Made by a program: the position numbers and the translations under genes
In this document: in pieces, positions 17,834 through 32,042 of the stretch
How the letters are laid out: each line of letters starts with the position of its first letter
Numbering within the stretch: the stretch's first letter is position 1
DNA from: the human T2T-CHM13v2.0 reference genome, Homo sapiens
Assembly: GCF_009914755.1 (NCBI RefSeq)
Contig: NC_060934.1
Strand: one strand, 5' to 3'
DNA length: 64,000 bases
The notes under the pieces: model-generated
The model's input: only the letters and a program-made list of their open reading frames with translations
What the model was told of the DNA's origin: nothing
Database searches by the model: none

Positions 17834-20800
17834 TTAGGGTGTGCTTGTTACAGCTGAGACCTCAGCTGACAGAACAAGGAAATATATGTGTATAGTCTGA
17901 CCTGTCTAGACACAAATATCTATAAATATTCTTATACATAATAATTTATATCTATATTAAGCTAAACGTGAGTTCACATTGATGCCTTCAACTCTAATCA
18001 ATTATCACATGGATCATTCTAGCTTCCTACCCGAGCTTATGTGTAAATTTCCACTCCTGAGGTGTCTTTTTGATACATCATTTATTCCAGGTTTATAAAA
18101 GAGCCATTTCTGGCCTCTTTCCTGATGCTGCTGCCTGCCATGAATCTATAGGAAACCACGACAGTCTACTTGTACAGTCACTGCTCAAATCCTGAGCCCT
18201 TTGGTACAGATGATTTCAATGAAAACTGATAATTAGTTTGGAGTGAATTCTGTGTGATCTATTTCCAGGCTCTCCAGTGGCCCACCCTTGTCTTTAGTCC
18301 CCAGAGTATGCTGACAGTAATCTCCTATTAGAAAGTACTCTGCTGATTTCTGAAATCCTGTTCTAATTTCTCAGGAAAAATTGTCTCTTGGGATCTATCT
18401 GAAACCTTTGTTTGCTGGGTTAGACACTAGCGATTGTGTTACGATCATAACCAAATGATACCTATTTCACGTGTCATTAGACTTAAAGAAGAATGGAGTC
18501 GGGCTATTTTCTTTGTCTACAAGTGTCCAGAAACACTTTTCCTCTGGTATGGGCTACAATAATGGAACAGGAATAGGAGAAGAGCCTTCTCTGTAATGAT
18601 CGAGCTTGAAATAAGCCTAAATGAAAGGCAAACACGTGCTACTGAAATATTAGCTCATTGACCTTGGAAGTGGAAATAACAAGGTTGGACACATGCCCAG
18701 ATTTATTCTGAGAAGCTACATTCAAATTTCAATGCAGTTCCTATTTAATAAAGAGAAAAACGCATGTGGGAAAAAAACATCATCCCTCCATTTTAATGTA
18801 TATTATTAGTTGGAGTTTCAGCTCTTTTTCCTTTGCCTCTCTGCCAGCTAATCACAGTAGCTACTGGTTTCCTACTTCCTAAATTACATTTCTCTTTTTC
18901 TCGGCATATGATTACCTTTGCCAGATTTCCCTCATGCTTCTCTCATGTAGTTTATCTTGACATCAACTATGTCTCGTTGTCTGGTCTTTCTGATGAACAA
19001 TGCCTTTGCTCTACTTCCTCAGAGTTAATTCTACTTTTAAAGCAAGAACTCCTCTTGCATCCCCAAGATGTAAGTGAGTAAGTGCTTGCCACCCTGCCAC
19101 CTTGCTTAGTTTGGAAAGATATTATGCTCCCTAATCTTCTGCTTTGTTGCAACATACCATGTGGCTTTTGCTAATGTTGAAAGTAACAATGTGTTTTTAA
19201 TCTAATTTACTAATGTGGAACAGCTTTCTTCTGAATCACAGTGGTGTAACCATTGACAACCGGGGCTTTGGCTCACATTGGGTGTGAGTGCGTAGGATCA
19301 GAAAATAAAATTTTCCAGTATCTCGCTCTCCCAATTTAATCCTCATCAATCTTAGTGAATTAATTAGCAAGTAGTAAAGTGATGCTATAGCAGTAAATGT
19401 TTATGAACAATTATGTGGTCTCTTTGAACACTTTTTATCCAAAAAGACACACCATTAGGTTCAACCAGGATTTTGTTGTTGCTCTCACCTTTTATATTGA
19501 ATTATTTTAAACTTTGTGCACACAGAACAAGTGGTAGTTCAAACCTTTCTTCTTCAAGTCCTCGATAACACTCTGTTATTACTCCTTATTCATCTGACAC
19601 TCTTTTTCCTTTTCCCTCTAGATCTATGTTCTTATGCTACATTTCAAGGGAGAGTTGCTTAATATTATTTCCAAAGTAAATAACCTTCTATCTTCACTGT
19701 TTCTGTTATGGGCTCTTTTCTCTGGCATCTATAGCATTTCTCGCTCCTCTTTTCTGCTTTGAAATAAGCTCAAACCTCTCTCAGTTTGAGGCGGGAAAGC
19801 ATGACCATTTTGAACTTTCCTGCTTATTCTTATTCTCCTTGTGTTCAAAGACAGTTTCTTACAACACAGTTTTCTATTCCTCTCTATTCATTCTCTTTTT
19901 AGTATCCTGAAATACGACTTACCACCTCATCACTAGGCTGATAATATTCTTGCATAGGTCACCAATGGCCTTATCAAGAGAAGAAAGAAAACAAAGATAT
20001 TTGCTTAATATATGTTTACATAGACACAAATATATTGATAACAAAATAGGAAAGAACTATAATTATAGTCTTCATCTCTGTAACTGATCATACAGTTGTA
20101 GTTGGTATGTATAATTACATTTTTCTACTACCCATTCCATATTTCCTTTGCCTTCAGCAAACACCTCAGCCCTCAGCTTGTCATGGTTCTTTGCCCCTGG
20201 AATGACCCAACAACTTTATTCCTGAAGGGTCTGGGCCATTAGTAGGATACCTGGGTTGGGCTGGCGTAGCTTTCCATTCACCTCAACCATAGGGGACAGT
20301 AATTCTAAGGGATGTCCTAAGGGATCTTGTGTCTCCTAGGCATATTCTTCCTTACTTCTGTTGTGGAAGAGCAGTCCAATTTCCCCCTTGGAATTCCAAA
20401 TTAATCACCCCAGCCAACACTGTCACTCCCTTTTTAGCCTGTTGACTCAGAGACACGAGGAGTCCAAAGCAGCCTACTGGCAGTCTTAACTTCCAGTCCC
20501 ATGAAATCAGTATTCCGTCACCTGTTGAAAACATTCCTTGCTCTAGATTTAACACCTCTAGGTCAGCAGAGCATAAAGTTGTGGGAACAGGAAGCAAAAA
20601 TTGCTAATGAGCCACTAGGGGTAACAATGAGTGGTGCCATTGCCATTTCTCCCCCGTGATTCCTGGACCCATGAATCCTGGACCCATGAATCCTGGCTAA
20701 CAGAGAAACATATCTAAGATACTGACTCAGAGCATCTTTCTGCACAATCTTGCCCCAGCCTGAAAAATATTGCCATGTAGCTGGCACTGCAAATGAGTCT

Positions 20801-22982
20801 TCAAAAAGCCATTCCACTGTTCTAGCAGACCAGCTGTTTCAAGACAGTACAGAACATAACATAGCAAGGCCAGCAAATTCCATGAGCATGAGCCCATTGC
20901 TGCGTTTTTTTCTGTTGTTGTTGTTTTTTTTTTTTTTTTTTCCTATAAAGTGAGTTTCTTCTTAAGAAATAATGCTGTATATAAAAACATGACGGTGGAT
21001 AAGACATTTTGTAAGTCCACAGATGGTAGTTTTGTCAGAATTATTGCATACAGAGAAGGCAAATTTATATCCAGAGTAAATATCTGTTTCAGTAAGGACA
21101 AAACACTGCCCCTTTCATGGTGGCAGTGATCCAATACAATCAACCCACCCCCAGGTTAGCTGGATGATCACCTTGGGCAATTGTGCCACATTGGGAGGTC
21201 TCAGTGTTGATCTCTGCTGTTGGCAGATTTGACCCCTCAGCAGTGGCCAAAGCCAAGTCAGTTTTGATGAGTGAAAGTCTATGTTGCTGAGCCCTTACAT
21301 AACCTCTGTCCCTGCAACCATGGCCCTTTGGATCATGACAGACGTGGCTGGGGAAAGAAGCAGGAGGTATCCATAAAATAGGTCATCTTATTGACTTGAT
21401 TGTTAAAATCCTTCTCTGGTGAGGTCATCCTCTGGTAAGCATTCATGTGGGACACAAATATCCATGTTTTTTGCCCTTTCAGAGAGTTCTAGCCACATAC
21501 CTCTTCCCTAGACTTCTCTGCCACTTATTGTTCCATCGTGTTTCTTTCCTAAACATCTAGCCAAACCATTGACTACTGAGCATGAGTTGGTATATAATTG
21601 CTCATCCAGCCATTTCCAGCCATTTCCAAGCAAAGTGCACAACCGGATGCACCACCCAAAGTTCTGCCCACAGGGAGGATTTCTCTTCACCACTGTCCCT
21701 CAAGGATGCCCCAGAGAAGGGCTCTACAGCCCTCTGCAGCTGTCCACTTCTGGGTAGTGCCTACATATTGTGCAGAACCATCTGTAAACTAGGCTACAAA
21801 CTTCTCTTTCTTTGTCAACTGGTCATAGGGAACTCCCCATGCATTCACAGGCTGCGAGAGAGAAGGCAGTGTAGCAGGAGTGGGAACCATAGACATTTGG
21901 GCCACTTCTTCATGCAACTTACTTGTGCTTTTGGGACCTGCTCAGACCTGACCATTTATATGTCACTTCCACTTGAAGACATGCTGCTGTGCATGCCCAA
22001 CCTTATGACTTGTTGGGTCAGATAACGTACAGTTCAGGTCTCATGATTCTTTGGTGGCCCATGATCAAGCAGTCAGTGTTTGGCCTTCACCACAATAGCC
22101 CTCACTCCACAGGTCATGGAAACAATGTAAGGATTGAAGAGTATGTTTATCCCAAGTATACATTCTGGAATTGGTGAGTGAAATAACCACAGGATGGGTT
22201 TAGAGACCCTCTAGACCCACTGTAGGACATGCCTGAGCTTAAAATCCATTGATTACCTGACCTCTATAAGCCCCTACTCTGATTGGAGGGTCAGATGATG
22301 ATTTGGGTCTCCTGAAACTAGTCAGTTAAGGCTTCGTAGCAGGCCAAGAGCTGTCTCTTGAAAGTATTTTTAAATCTGCAGATGATGTCAGGGCCTCACT
22401 TCCAAATCCTAAAAGTCTGTGCTGCATTTCACCCATAGGTGCCAGCCAAAGGCACCAAACAGCATCCCTACCTATGACTGATACTTTAAGCCCCATCATA
22501 TCTGTGGGGTCACGTGGCCCAAGTGGCAGAGCAGCTGGCATAGCAGCATGGACCTGTTGCAGAACTTTCTCTCGTTCTGGGCCCCACTCAAAACTAGCAG
22601 CTGTTTGGGTCACTTGGTAAACGGGCTGGAGCAACAGAGCCAAATGAGGAATATGATGCCTCTGAAAACCAGTGAGGCTCAATAGGCATTGTGTCTCTTT
22701 CTTGGTTGTAGGAGGGACCAGATGCAACAACTTATCTTTCACCTTAGAAGGAATATCTCACATGTGCCACACCACTGGACCCATACAAATTTCACTTATG
22801 TAAAAGGTCACTACATTTTAATTCAGTTTATTTGCCACCCTTTAGCATGCAAATATCTTACCAATAAGTCTAGAGTAGTTGCTACTTCTTACTCACTAGG
22901 TCCAATCAGCATAATGTCATCAATGTAATGCGCCAGTGTGATATCCATCTGAAGAGAAAGGCAGTCAAGATTCCTGCGAACT

Positions 22983-23427
22983 GGTCTTCAACCTGTTTCC
23001 TGGTATACAAATTCTAAAATCCTTAGGCTCTCTAAAGTGATGTCTTTTGTATGCTAATGAGTTGACTGATGGCTGGCAGCCCCTAGGCAGCTTCAGGATA
23101 GGGGCTGGTTACTGGAAAAAGCAAGGCATGATTACAGGATTGGGACTTTCAGCCCAACCTCTGGCTGGGAAAGAGAGTCTGAAGGTTAAGCTGATCATCA
23201 ATGGCCATTGAGTTAATCAGTCATGCCTACCTAATGTAGCCTCCGTAAAACCCCAAAGGGACAGGTTCAGAGAGCTTCCAAATAGATGAGCATGAGGAGG
23301 TTCCTGGAGAATACCACTCCTGCCTGGGAGGGTATGGAAGCACCACGCCCCTTTCCATACCTTGTCCTATGCATCTCTTCATCTGTGACCTTTGTAATAT
23401 CCTTTCTAATAAACCAGTAAGTGTTTT
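22983..23427 (+). mobile_element. MER21-like LTR fragment
   Basis: ttttgtatgctaatgag...gggactttcagccc...aatcagtcatgccta...aataaaccagtaagtg; lacks both LTR termini. Confidence 0.8.
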
Positions 23428-25021
23428 AGAAAACACCTCTGTGAACTAAATTATTACATAGAGATGAAGAATTGATATACCCTTGAGGTAGGACAGTGAA
23501 GGTGTATTGCTGACCCTGCCAGTTGAGAGCAAATGGCTTCTGGAGGACTTTATGGAAAGGTATAGGAAAAAAAGGCATTTTTCAGATCAATATCTGTGTA
23601 CCACATACCAGGGAATGCATTCATTTGTTCAAGCAATGAAAGCACGTCTGCTTCAGCGGCTGCAATTGGAGTCATAACTTGTTCAAGCTTAGAATAATCC
23701 ACTATCATTCTCCAAGTTCCATCTGTCTTCTGCACAGGCCAAATGGGAGAGTTGAATGGGGATGTGGTGGGAGTCACCAACCCTGCACCTTTCAAGTTTT
23801 TGATGGTGGCACTAATCTCTTGATTTGCATTGGACCTAACACCTCTAGGCCAGCAGAGCATAAAGTTGTGGGAACAGAAAGTAAAAAATTTGCTAGAAGG
23901 TCACTAGGAATAACAGTGAGTGGTGTCACTCCTATTTCCACCTTTTGATTCCTGGACCCATGAAACCCGGCTATCAGAAAAAAACATACCATATATAGGA
24001 TGCCAATTCAGAATATCCTTCTGGACAATCTTACCCAAGCCCTGCAAGGTACTGCCATGTAGCTAGCACTGTAATTGAATCATGGGCCACCAAAGAATCA
24101 TGTGATCTGAATTGTATGTTATCTGACCCAACAAGTCATAAATTTGGCCACGTACATCAGTACTCCTTCATCAAATGGAAGTGGTATGTAAGTAATAAGG
24201 CCTGAGCAGGTCTTGAAGGCACAAGTAAGTTGCATGAAGAAGTAGCTCAAATGCCTATGGTCCCCACTCTTGCTACCCTGCCTTCTCTCTCCCAGCCTGC
24301 ACCTATGGCTGCATGAGGAGTTTCCTGCCAGTAGACAAAAGAAGAGAAGACCAGAACCTGCTTTACAGATGGTTCTACACTCCCTCCAGGAATGCTATAA
24401 CGTTTTTGATTTACTATTTTCCTGAGGAGGCAGTTCCAGTGGCTTTTACTTGGCCTTCACCACAATAATAGCCCTCAATCCAAAGGTCATGGAAACAATG
24501 TAAGGATTGCGGAATATGTCTATCCCAAGTATACATTCTGGAATTGGTGAAATAACCACAGGATGGGTTGGAGACCCTCTAGCTCTACTGTGGGGCAGAC
24601 CTGAGCTTACAATCCATTCATTACCTGACCTCTATAAGCCCCAATTCTGACTGGAGGGTCAAATGATGATTTGGATCTCCTGGAACTAGTCAGTTTGTAG
24701 CCAGTGCCTAGTAGTCCTGAAAATGTCTCATTATTTTCTTTGCCTAAATGCAGTCCCTGGCAAAAATAGGTAAATTTGGGGAAAAGTGGGAAAAAGATGA
24801 ATAGTATGTACATTTATCAGTAGTATATCAGAGACTTTCCTCAAGGGCACCTTTCCTTCTCTTCATTCAAGTGATTCTGTGTCTGTAAACTGGCTCAAGT
24901 CTGAGAATTCATTAAGGGGCTATGACTCTCTGTTTTTATGATTCAAGTTATACTTTTGCCCACCTGACCTAGAACTTTTCTGCTTATACAGATTATGTAA
25001 GAATTTAGTAGGCTTGGTATC

Positions 25022-25410
25022 TGTTGTGGTTAATACTGATTGTCAACTTGATTGCACTGAAGGATGCAAAATATTGTTCCTGGGTGTGTCTGTGAGGGTG
25101 TTGCCGAAGGAGATTAACATTTGAGTCAGTGGACTGGGAGAGGCAGACTCACCCTCAGTTTGGGTGGGTACCATCTAATTAGCTGCCAGCATGGCCAGAA
25201 TAAAAACAGGCAGAAGAATGAGGAAAGACTAGACTGGTTCAGTCTTCTGGCCTCTATCTTTCTCCTGTGCTGGATGCTTCCTGCCCTCAAACATTGGACC
25301 CCAGGTTCTTCAGGTTTGGGACTCAGACTGGCTTTCTTGATCCTCAGCTTGCAGATGGCCTACTGTGAGACCTCACCTTGTGATTGTGTGAGTCAGTACT
25401 CCTTAATAAA

Positions 25411-25482
<72 letters not shown>

Positions 25483-25527
25483 TCTATCCTATTAGCTCTG
25501 TCCCTCTAGAGAACCCTGACTAATACA
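25022..25527 (+). mobile_element. MLT2A2-like solo LTR in gag of the older ERV-L, opposite orientation
   Basis: tgttgtggttaatactga...gagaaccctgactaataca; 5-bp TSD gtatc/atatc; (TA)n(CA)n at about 25413-25480. Confidence 0.92.
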
Positions 25528-25740
25528 ATATCTATTTCATTTCTAGGAACACTGTGATTAACTGTTCAACACCATAGGTCTGACCAAGTCAGACTATTCT
25601 GATTACTACTTTCGCCCTGCTGTCCATTATTAATGACACTGACCTTGCTCCTGGCAGTTCAGTGCTACTATTTATTCTCTGGCATCCCAAGGTCCAATCA
25701 CTTTCATTGCATTTAAGTTTTCTAATTGAGTAGCTGAGGT

Positions 25741-26287
25741 TGAGACAGGCAGGTTGGTTGATTCCCTATTTTAAGATGGTCTGGAGGAAAAGGATAAAAG
25801 CCCCTCACTGAAACTCTAGCTTATCTCTCAGACAGTCACTAACAAGAGACCCAAGAGACTATTAACCACAAGCTTCTATTTCAGAGGGCTAGGGATTTCC
25901 CCAGAGCTCTGCATGCACAGCTAGACTTAAACTCCAACCTAAAGTTACCTCTTCATCATTTTAATGCCTCCTCATTTTCATGCCCAGGGTAGCGATTTAA
26001 AATGCTAATGTTACATACAATGTATGAAGAAGCATGTTGACCACCATGCAAGTGTTAGAAAAGCTCCTCCTGTACATGTACCTGCTGATGTAAGCTTTCC
26101 CTATGGAAAGACCTTATAAAACTAACTCACATACTGTCCTTGGGGAACAGTTCACTTGTTTTTCCTTTCTCAGGGCTAGCTCCCTTGTGCACAAGGTGGA
26201 ATAAACTTAAACTTAATGTTTGCTGCTTGTGTTCAGTGATCTCTTTTGATTTCTATCCTGGGAGAGTGCAAGAACCTGGGGTTACCA
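25741..26287 (+). mobile_element. Solo LTR, ERVL-class (family uncertain)
   Basis: Interrupts gag; starts tgagacaggcagg, has a TATA-like cttataaaa and AATAAA near 26199, ends gatttctatcctgggaga...ggttacca. Confidence 0.7.
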
Positions 26288-26760
26288 CTGAAATGTCTGA
26301 CCTACAGAGAACAGCAATCATGGAACTCTTCAAGGATACTAGGGCTCCCCTCACAAATTTATTTCTGAAAGTATTGGTAAATGGTATGCCTTCTAGACCC
26401 TGCCCATGTGGGTGGTAAGTAGGTCTTCAATGATAAATCCAATTTAACATTCCGGTGTCTCTAAGCCTTTGAATCTCTTCCTCCATATTAAATCAAGGGA
26501 GATCCAACGTTTTTAATTCGCTCATACTGGGCCATCTTTTGATCCATGTTTCAGCAATAAACCAAACAAACTGAAAGAGCCCTTTCTAACTCCCTGAACT
26601 GGAACATTAAATGCAGAATCTCTTCTTAGTGAGTCCATATCAATAAATTCAGCCCAATTCAACTTTATGTTCCTTCCACCATTACCCTATGCCCTTAATA
26701 TCTATTCTATGTATGTCCCCCAGATTTTTGCTTGTGTGAATTAGAAAATTCAAGTAGTTA

Positions 26761-27053
26761 AGCTGAGCGCGGTGGCTCACGCCTGTAATCCCAACACTGT
26801 GGGAGGCTGAGAAGGGTGGATCACGAGGTTCAGGAGTTCAAAACCAGCCTGGCTGACATGGAGAAACCCCATCTGTACTCAAAATACAAAAATTAGCCAG
26901 ATGTGGTAGTGTGCACCTGTAAACCCAGTTTCTCAGGAAGCTGAGGCAGGAGAATGGCTTGAACCTGGGAGGTGGAGGTTGGTGAGCTGAGATTGCACCA
27001 CTGCACCCCAGCCCGCGCAACAAAGCGAGACTCCATCTCAAAAAAAAAAAAAA
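26761..27053 (+). mobile_element. AluS
   Basis: Full dimer; TSD agaaaattcaagtagtt on both sides (right copy with an aattcaag slip). Confidence 0.93.
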
Positions 27054-27655
27054 GATAAAGAAAATTCAAGAATTCAAGTAGTTCTTTTGGCATGTAGTAC
27101 ATCTCCGCATAAGTCATATTTTGTACCTTATCTTTAGGGGTCTGCTGAGACTTGAGTCTTGTTACAAGTCTAGAAGAAAAGAGCGGTAGCAGGGTGGATA
27201 CTGAGGATAATCAGCATTATCTTACGTGGCAGCTGCCTCAGGGGAGGCCATTACCCTTTTCCTCAGTATTAGTACTCTCAGATGGTGGCGGAAAAGCTGA
27301 TACCACTGTGGTAGCGGGGACCCAATTCCACCTGGGGTAGGGCAGCCACTTCCATTGGTGTGGGGAGACTGCTTTCAATGTCAAAGAAGATTCATCATAA
27401 TTCAGGGGCTTAGTGTCCCCAGCTGCGTCAGGGTATTTCCACAGGCCCCCATCCCAACTTACATTTTTTCCCCAATAAGTTGCCCTCACTTTAACAGCAG
27501 TCACCCTGTAGAGCTGGGACTTCATCTCGCATTATAATTCAGCCAATTGCAGGACGAAGTTCTTAATTTTCAGCAATTTCCACCCTGTGGCTACAAGTGA
27601 TAATGCCCTCCTTCAGAGGACACTTAGAAACTCTTAGGTCATTTATGGGTCTCTT

Positions 27656-27884
27656 TCTCTCACTCTCTCTTTTTTTTTTTTTTTTTTTTGACACAGACTC
27701 TTGCTGTGTCACCTAGGCTGGAGTGCTATGGTGCAATTTCGGCTCACTAAAACCTCCACCTCCCAGGTTCAAGCAATTCTTATGCCTCAGGCTTCCGAGT
27801 GACTGGGGCTACAGGCATGTACCATCAAACCCGATTAATTTTTGTATTTTTAGTAGAGACGGGGTTTTGCCACGTTGCCCAGGT
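27656..27884 (-). mobile_element. 5'-truncated AluJ-like
   Basis: Right arm plus part of left arm; TSD tcatttatgggtctct (27639-27654) / tcatttatgagtctct (27885-27900). Confidence 0.9.
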
Positions 27885-28275
27885 TCATTTATGAGTCTCT
27901 TGAGCTGGGAATTCAAATCCTTGAGTTCATTCATTTATTTCAACACTTTTTCCAATAACATTAGAAACAACCATCTGACATCATTATGTTCCTTAGTATT
28001 CAAAAAATGTCCAAAAGTATCAATCATATACAGAGTCACCAAACTCCTTGCTTCTTGTAAGTAGTTAATTATGAGTATCCAGTGCAGATAATATGCATGT
28101 CTCTATAAACAGATGATGGCTTAGACGATCAGTGCTCTCTTTACCACTGGAAATAGCATCACTATTGCCTTTAAATCTAATCAGATGTGAAAGCCAATTC
28201 CAGAAACCCTAGATCTAATTAAGAAAGTCATTATTAAAATTTGATTGCTCTATAAACACTCTCAGTACCAAAATC

Positions 28276-29127
28276 TGTATTAGTTAGGTTTCTCCAAAGA
28301 AACAGAACCTATGTAGAGATCTATAGATAGGTATCTATGTGCACACACACACACACACACATATATATACACACAGACATACAGTCACCAACTTATGATG
28401 GTTTCACTTACGATTTTTCAACTTACTGATGGTATAAAAGTGGTATATTTTAATAAAATATTCAATATATTACATGAGATATTTAACAGATTGTTATAAA
28501 ATAGGCTTTGTGTTAGATGCTTTGCCCAACTATAGGCTAATATAAATGTTCTGAGAATGTTTAAGGTAGGCTATGATGGTAGGTAGGTTAGGTGTATTAA
28601 ATGCATTTTCACATTTCCACAATAAACATGACTTACGGGGCTATAACCCTTAAGTAGAGGAGAATCCAGGGGTATGGGTTTATTATGGTAATTGGCTCAG
28701 ATGATTATGGAAGCCAACAGGTCCCACACTCTGCAATCTGCAACCTTGGAGAACCAGGAAGGCTGGTAGTGTTACTCAGTTTGAGTCTGAAGGCCTTAAA
28801 CTGGGGCAGGGCTGATAGTGTTAAGTCCATGTCTGAGTCAGAAGGCCTGAGAACGAGGTGCTCCAATCTCCCAGGGCAGGAGAAGACGAATGACCCAATT
28901 TAAACAGAATGATTCACCCTTCCTCCACCGTTTGTTCTATTTGGGCTCTCAATGGACTGGACGATGTCCACACATATTGGTGAAGTTGTTCTTCTTTACT
29001 CAGTCTACTGATTCTAATGCTAATCTCTTCCAGAAAAGCTCTCACAAACATACCCATACATAATGTTTTACCAGCTATCTGGGCATCTTTTAGCCCAGTC
29101 AAGCTGACAAATAGAATTAGCCATTCC
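28276..29127 (-). mobile_element. MLT2C/D-like 5' LTR of the older ERV-L
   Basis: tgtattagttaggtttctcc...agcccagtcaagctgaca...attagccat; abuts the PBS. Confidence 0.85.
28382..28665. mobile_element. MER47/Tigger5-family DNA transposon (MITE) inside the LTR
   Basis: cttacgatttttcaactt...aggctttgtgttagatg...aggttaggtgtattaaatgcatttt; inserted after a TA. Confidence 0.8.
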
Positions 29128-29213
29128 TTAGGTAGATGTAGATGTAGGTGTTTGTGTATTCTCATAATTTGCATATAGCATTTTTCACTTGCTTCAAGTA
29201 ATAGCCTTTCTTC

Positions 29214-30391
<1,178 letters not shown>

Positions 30392-32042
30392 TTTCTCTAT
30401 CGTATCATAGTCTGTTTTCTTCTTAGAGGGAGCTAGTCTTCTTTGTTTCTTATTGTACATTTTAAGGAAAAAGATAGGAGAATTAATACGGCTCAACAGA
30501 AGTCACATTTAAATCTACACATATGTTCCAAGAGGAAAAAACATTCTGGAAATAAAACTGGAATCATCTTTCAGCATAAGGCACAATTCTTTCTATTGCT
30601 TTGGTTTCTTCTTCAGCAAGATGGAACGTTAGGTATCCTCTTATCTTCTGAACCTCCCAAACCCTGTCCCTCATCAAAACTTACCCGTCCTTTGACCCAT
30701 CTCTAAGACTCCAACCGACCTAGTAATATAATAACCATAAGATATTAATACTGGTGATGATTTCATATTTTATTCTATTCAAACTTTATTTTCCATCTGA
30801 ATAAGACATATCAATGTCTTAACTAGTGAATTGAGTAATATCACTGTTTGGGTAACTGGGAAAGATATTTGGGCACAAAGGCCAATAATTCCCTTTCAGT
30901 CACTCCCACATACTCTTAATATCTATTTTATCAATGTCAGTGACCTTCTCAAATAACCATCTTTTGGTCTCCTTGATTTTTCTGTGTCATCTTTCTCTTT
31001 TATATTAATACTTACATTGTTCTTTAAATACAGGTGGACTCTTCTACCTACATTTAAGTGAGACCTTGCATTTGAAATTCAATATTTGCTTAAATTACTC
31101 TGTTCTTCAATCCTGTTTCAGTCTAGAGTTCATACTCGCACCAAGAAATACCTACCAGGCCACCATCTGATATGAAACACAAATAGAAATATGACTGTGA
31201 TTGTATGGATAAAACTGCATCTAAGCAAACAAGTTTTCCAGGCTTGAAGTGCCTTTTAGTCTACTTTACTCACCTTTAGCTCTAACCTTATCTCACCTTT
31301 CAGACAGCCAACAGGAATTCAAATTACAGCAAGGTCTTTTTGGGGTCAAGTTGTCCATCATTTCAAATTTAACTGCAGGTCTCTTTCCCTTAAAGGTGAA
31401 GGAACAAAAAACGTCAATTTCAGGCTGTTGCTCACCAGCTTTTTGAAAACAAACATTAATTACATAACTATTATGTGTCAAGCACTATCTAATAATATCC
31501 ATTATTTCCTCCAGTGTTCACAACTTTGGTGGGGAAAGATTGAGTCATCAGGACCAACTTTCAATTGTCTAGGCACTTTGTGATGTCTGAGTAAGTTAAA
31601 AGAAAAAGACCAGTGTGCCTGGAAATAACTTAGGAGGTTTTATTTTCTTTGAATAGCTGAAGAACCACATAGGAAGTTGTCAATGCAGATTTTAATAACT
31701 TACATAGACCACAAAAACCCCTTCCTGTAGCACAGCATTACTCAGACCTTTTTTCCACTTTTAGTCCCTTGTGTAGACAACATCATAACCACCCATAGCA
31801 TTTGACAGGAGCTGGAGGGATTACCCTGGAAGAGACAGGCCAAATCACCTGTCACTGCTCTATTTGTCTGCTACTGAAAAGCTGCTGAGTCCTCTCCTTG
31901 TGATGTCTTAACATCTTGTGACACTCGGCTTTACAAGACATTTTGCATTTGTCTTGTTTCCCAAAGCCATCCTCACTTGGGACAAATATCCAGAAACACA
32001 AGGTCCTACTTATCAAATACATGAAAGGTGAAGAGTATTTTA

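Larger units (their letters stand above)
19981..28275 (-). mobile_element. Older ERV-L internal region (dUTPase, IN, RNase H, RT, pro, gag), rearranged, 3' LTR missing
   Basis: Colinear homology with 1950-7819: dUTPase ORF 20352-20597, RT MKDKLLHLVPPTT (22326-22742), PVQKTDGTWRMIVDY (23550-23861), gag to about 28200, PBS-like ctcagtaccaaaatc at 28261-28275. Confidence 0.9.
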
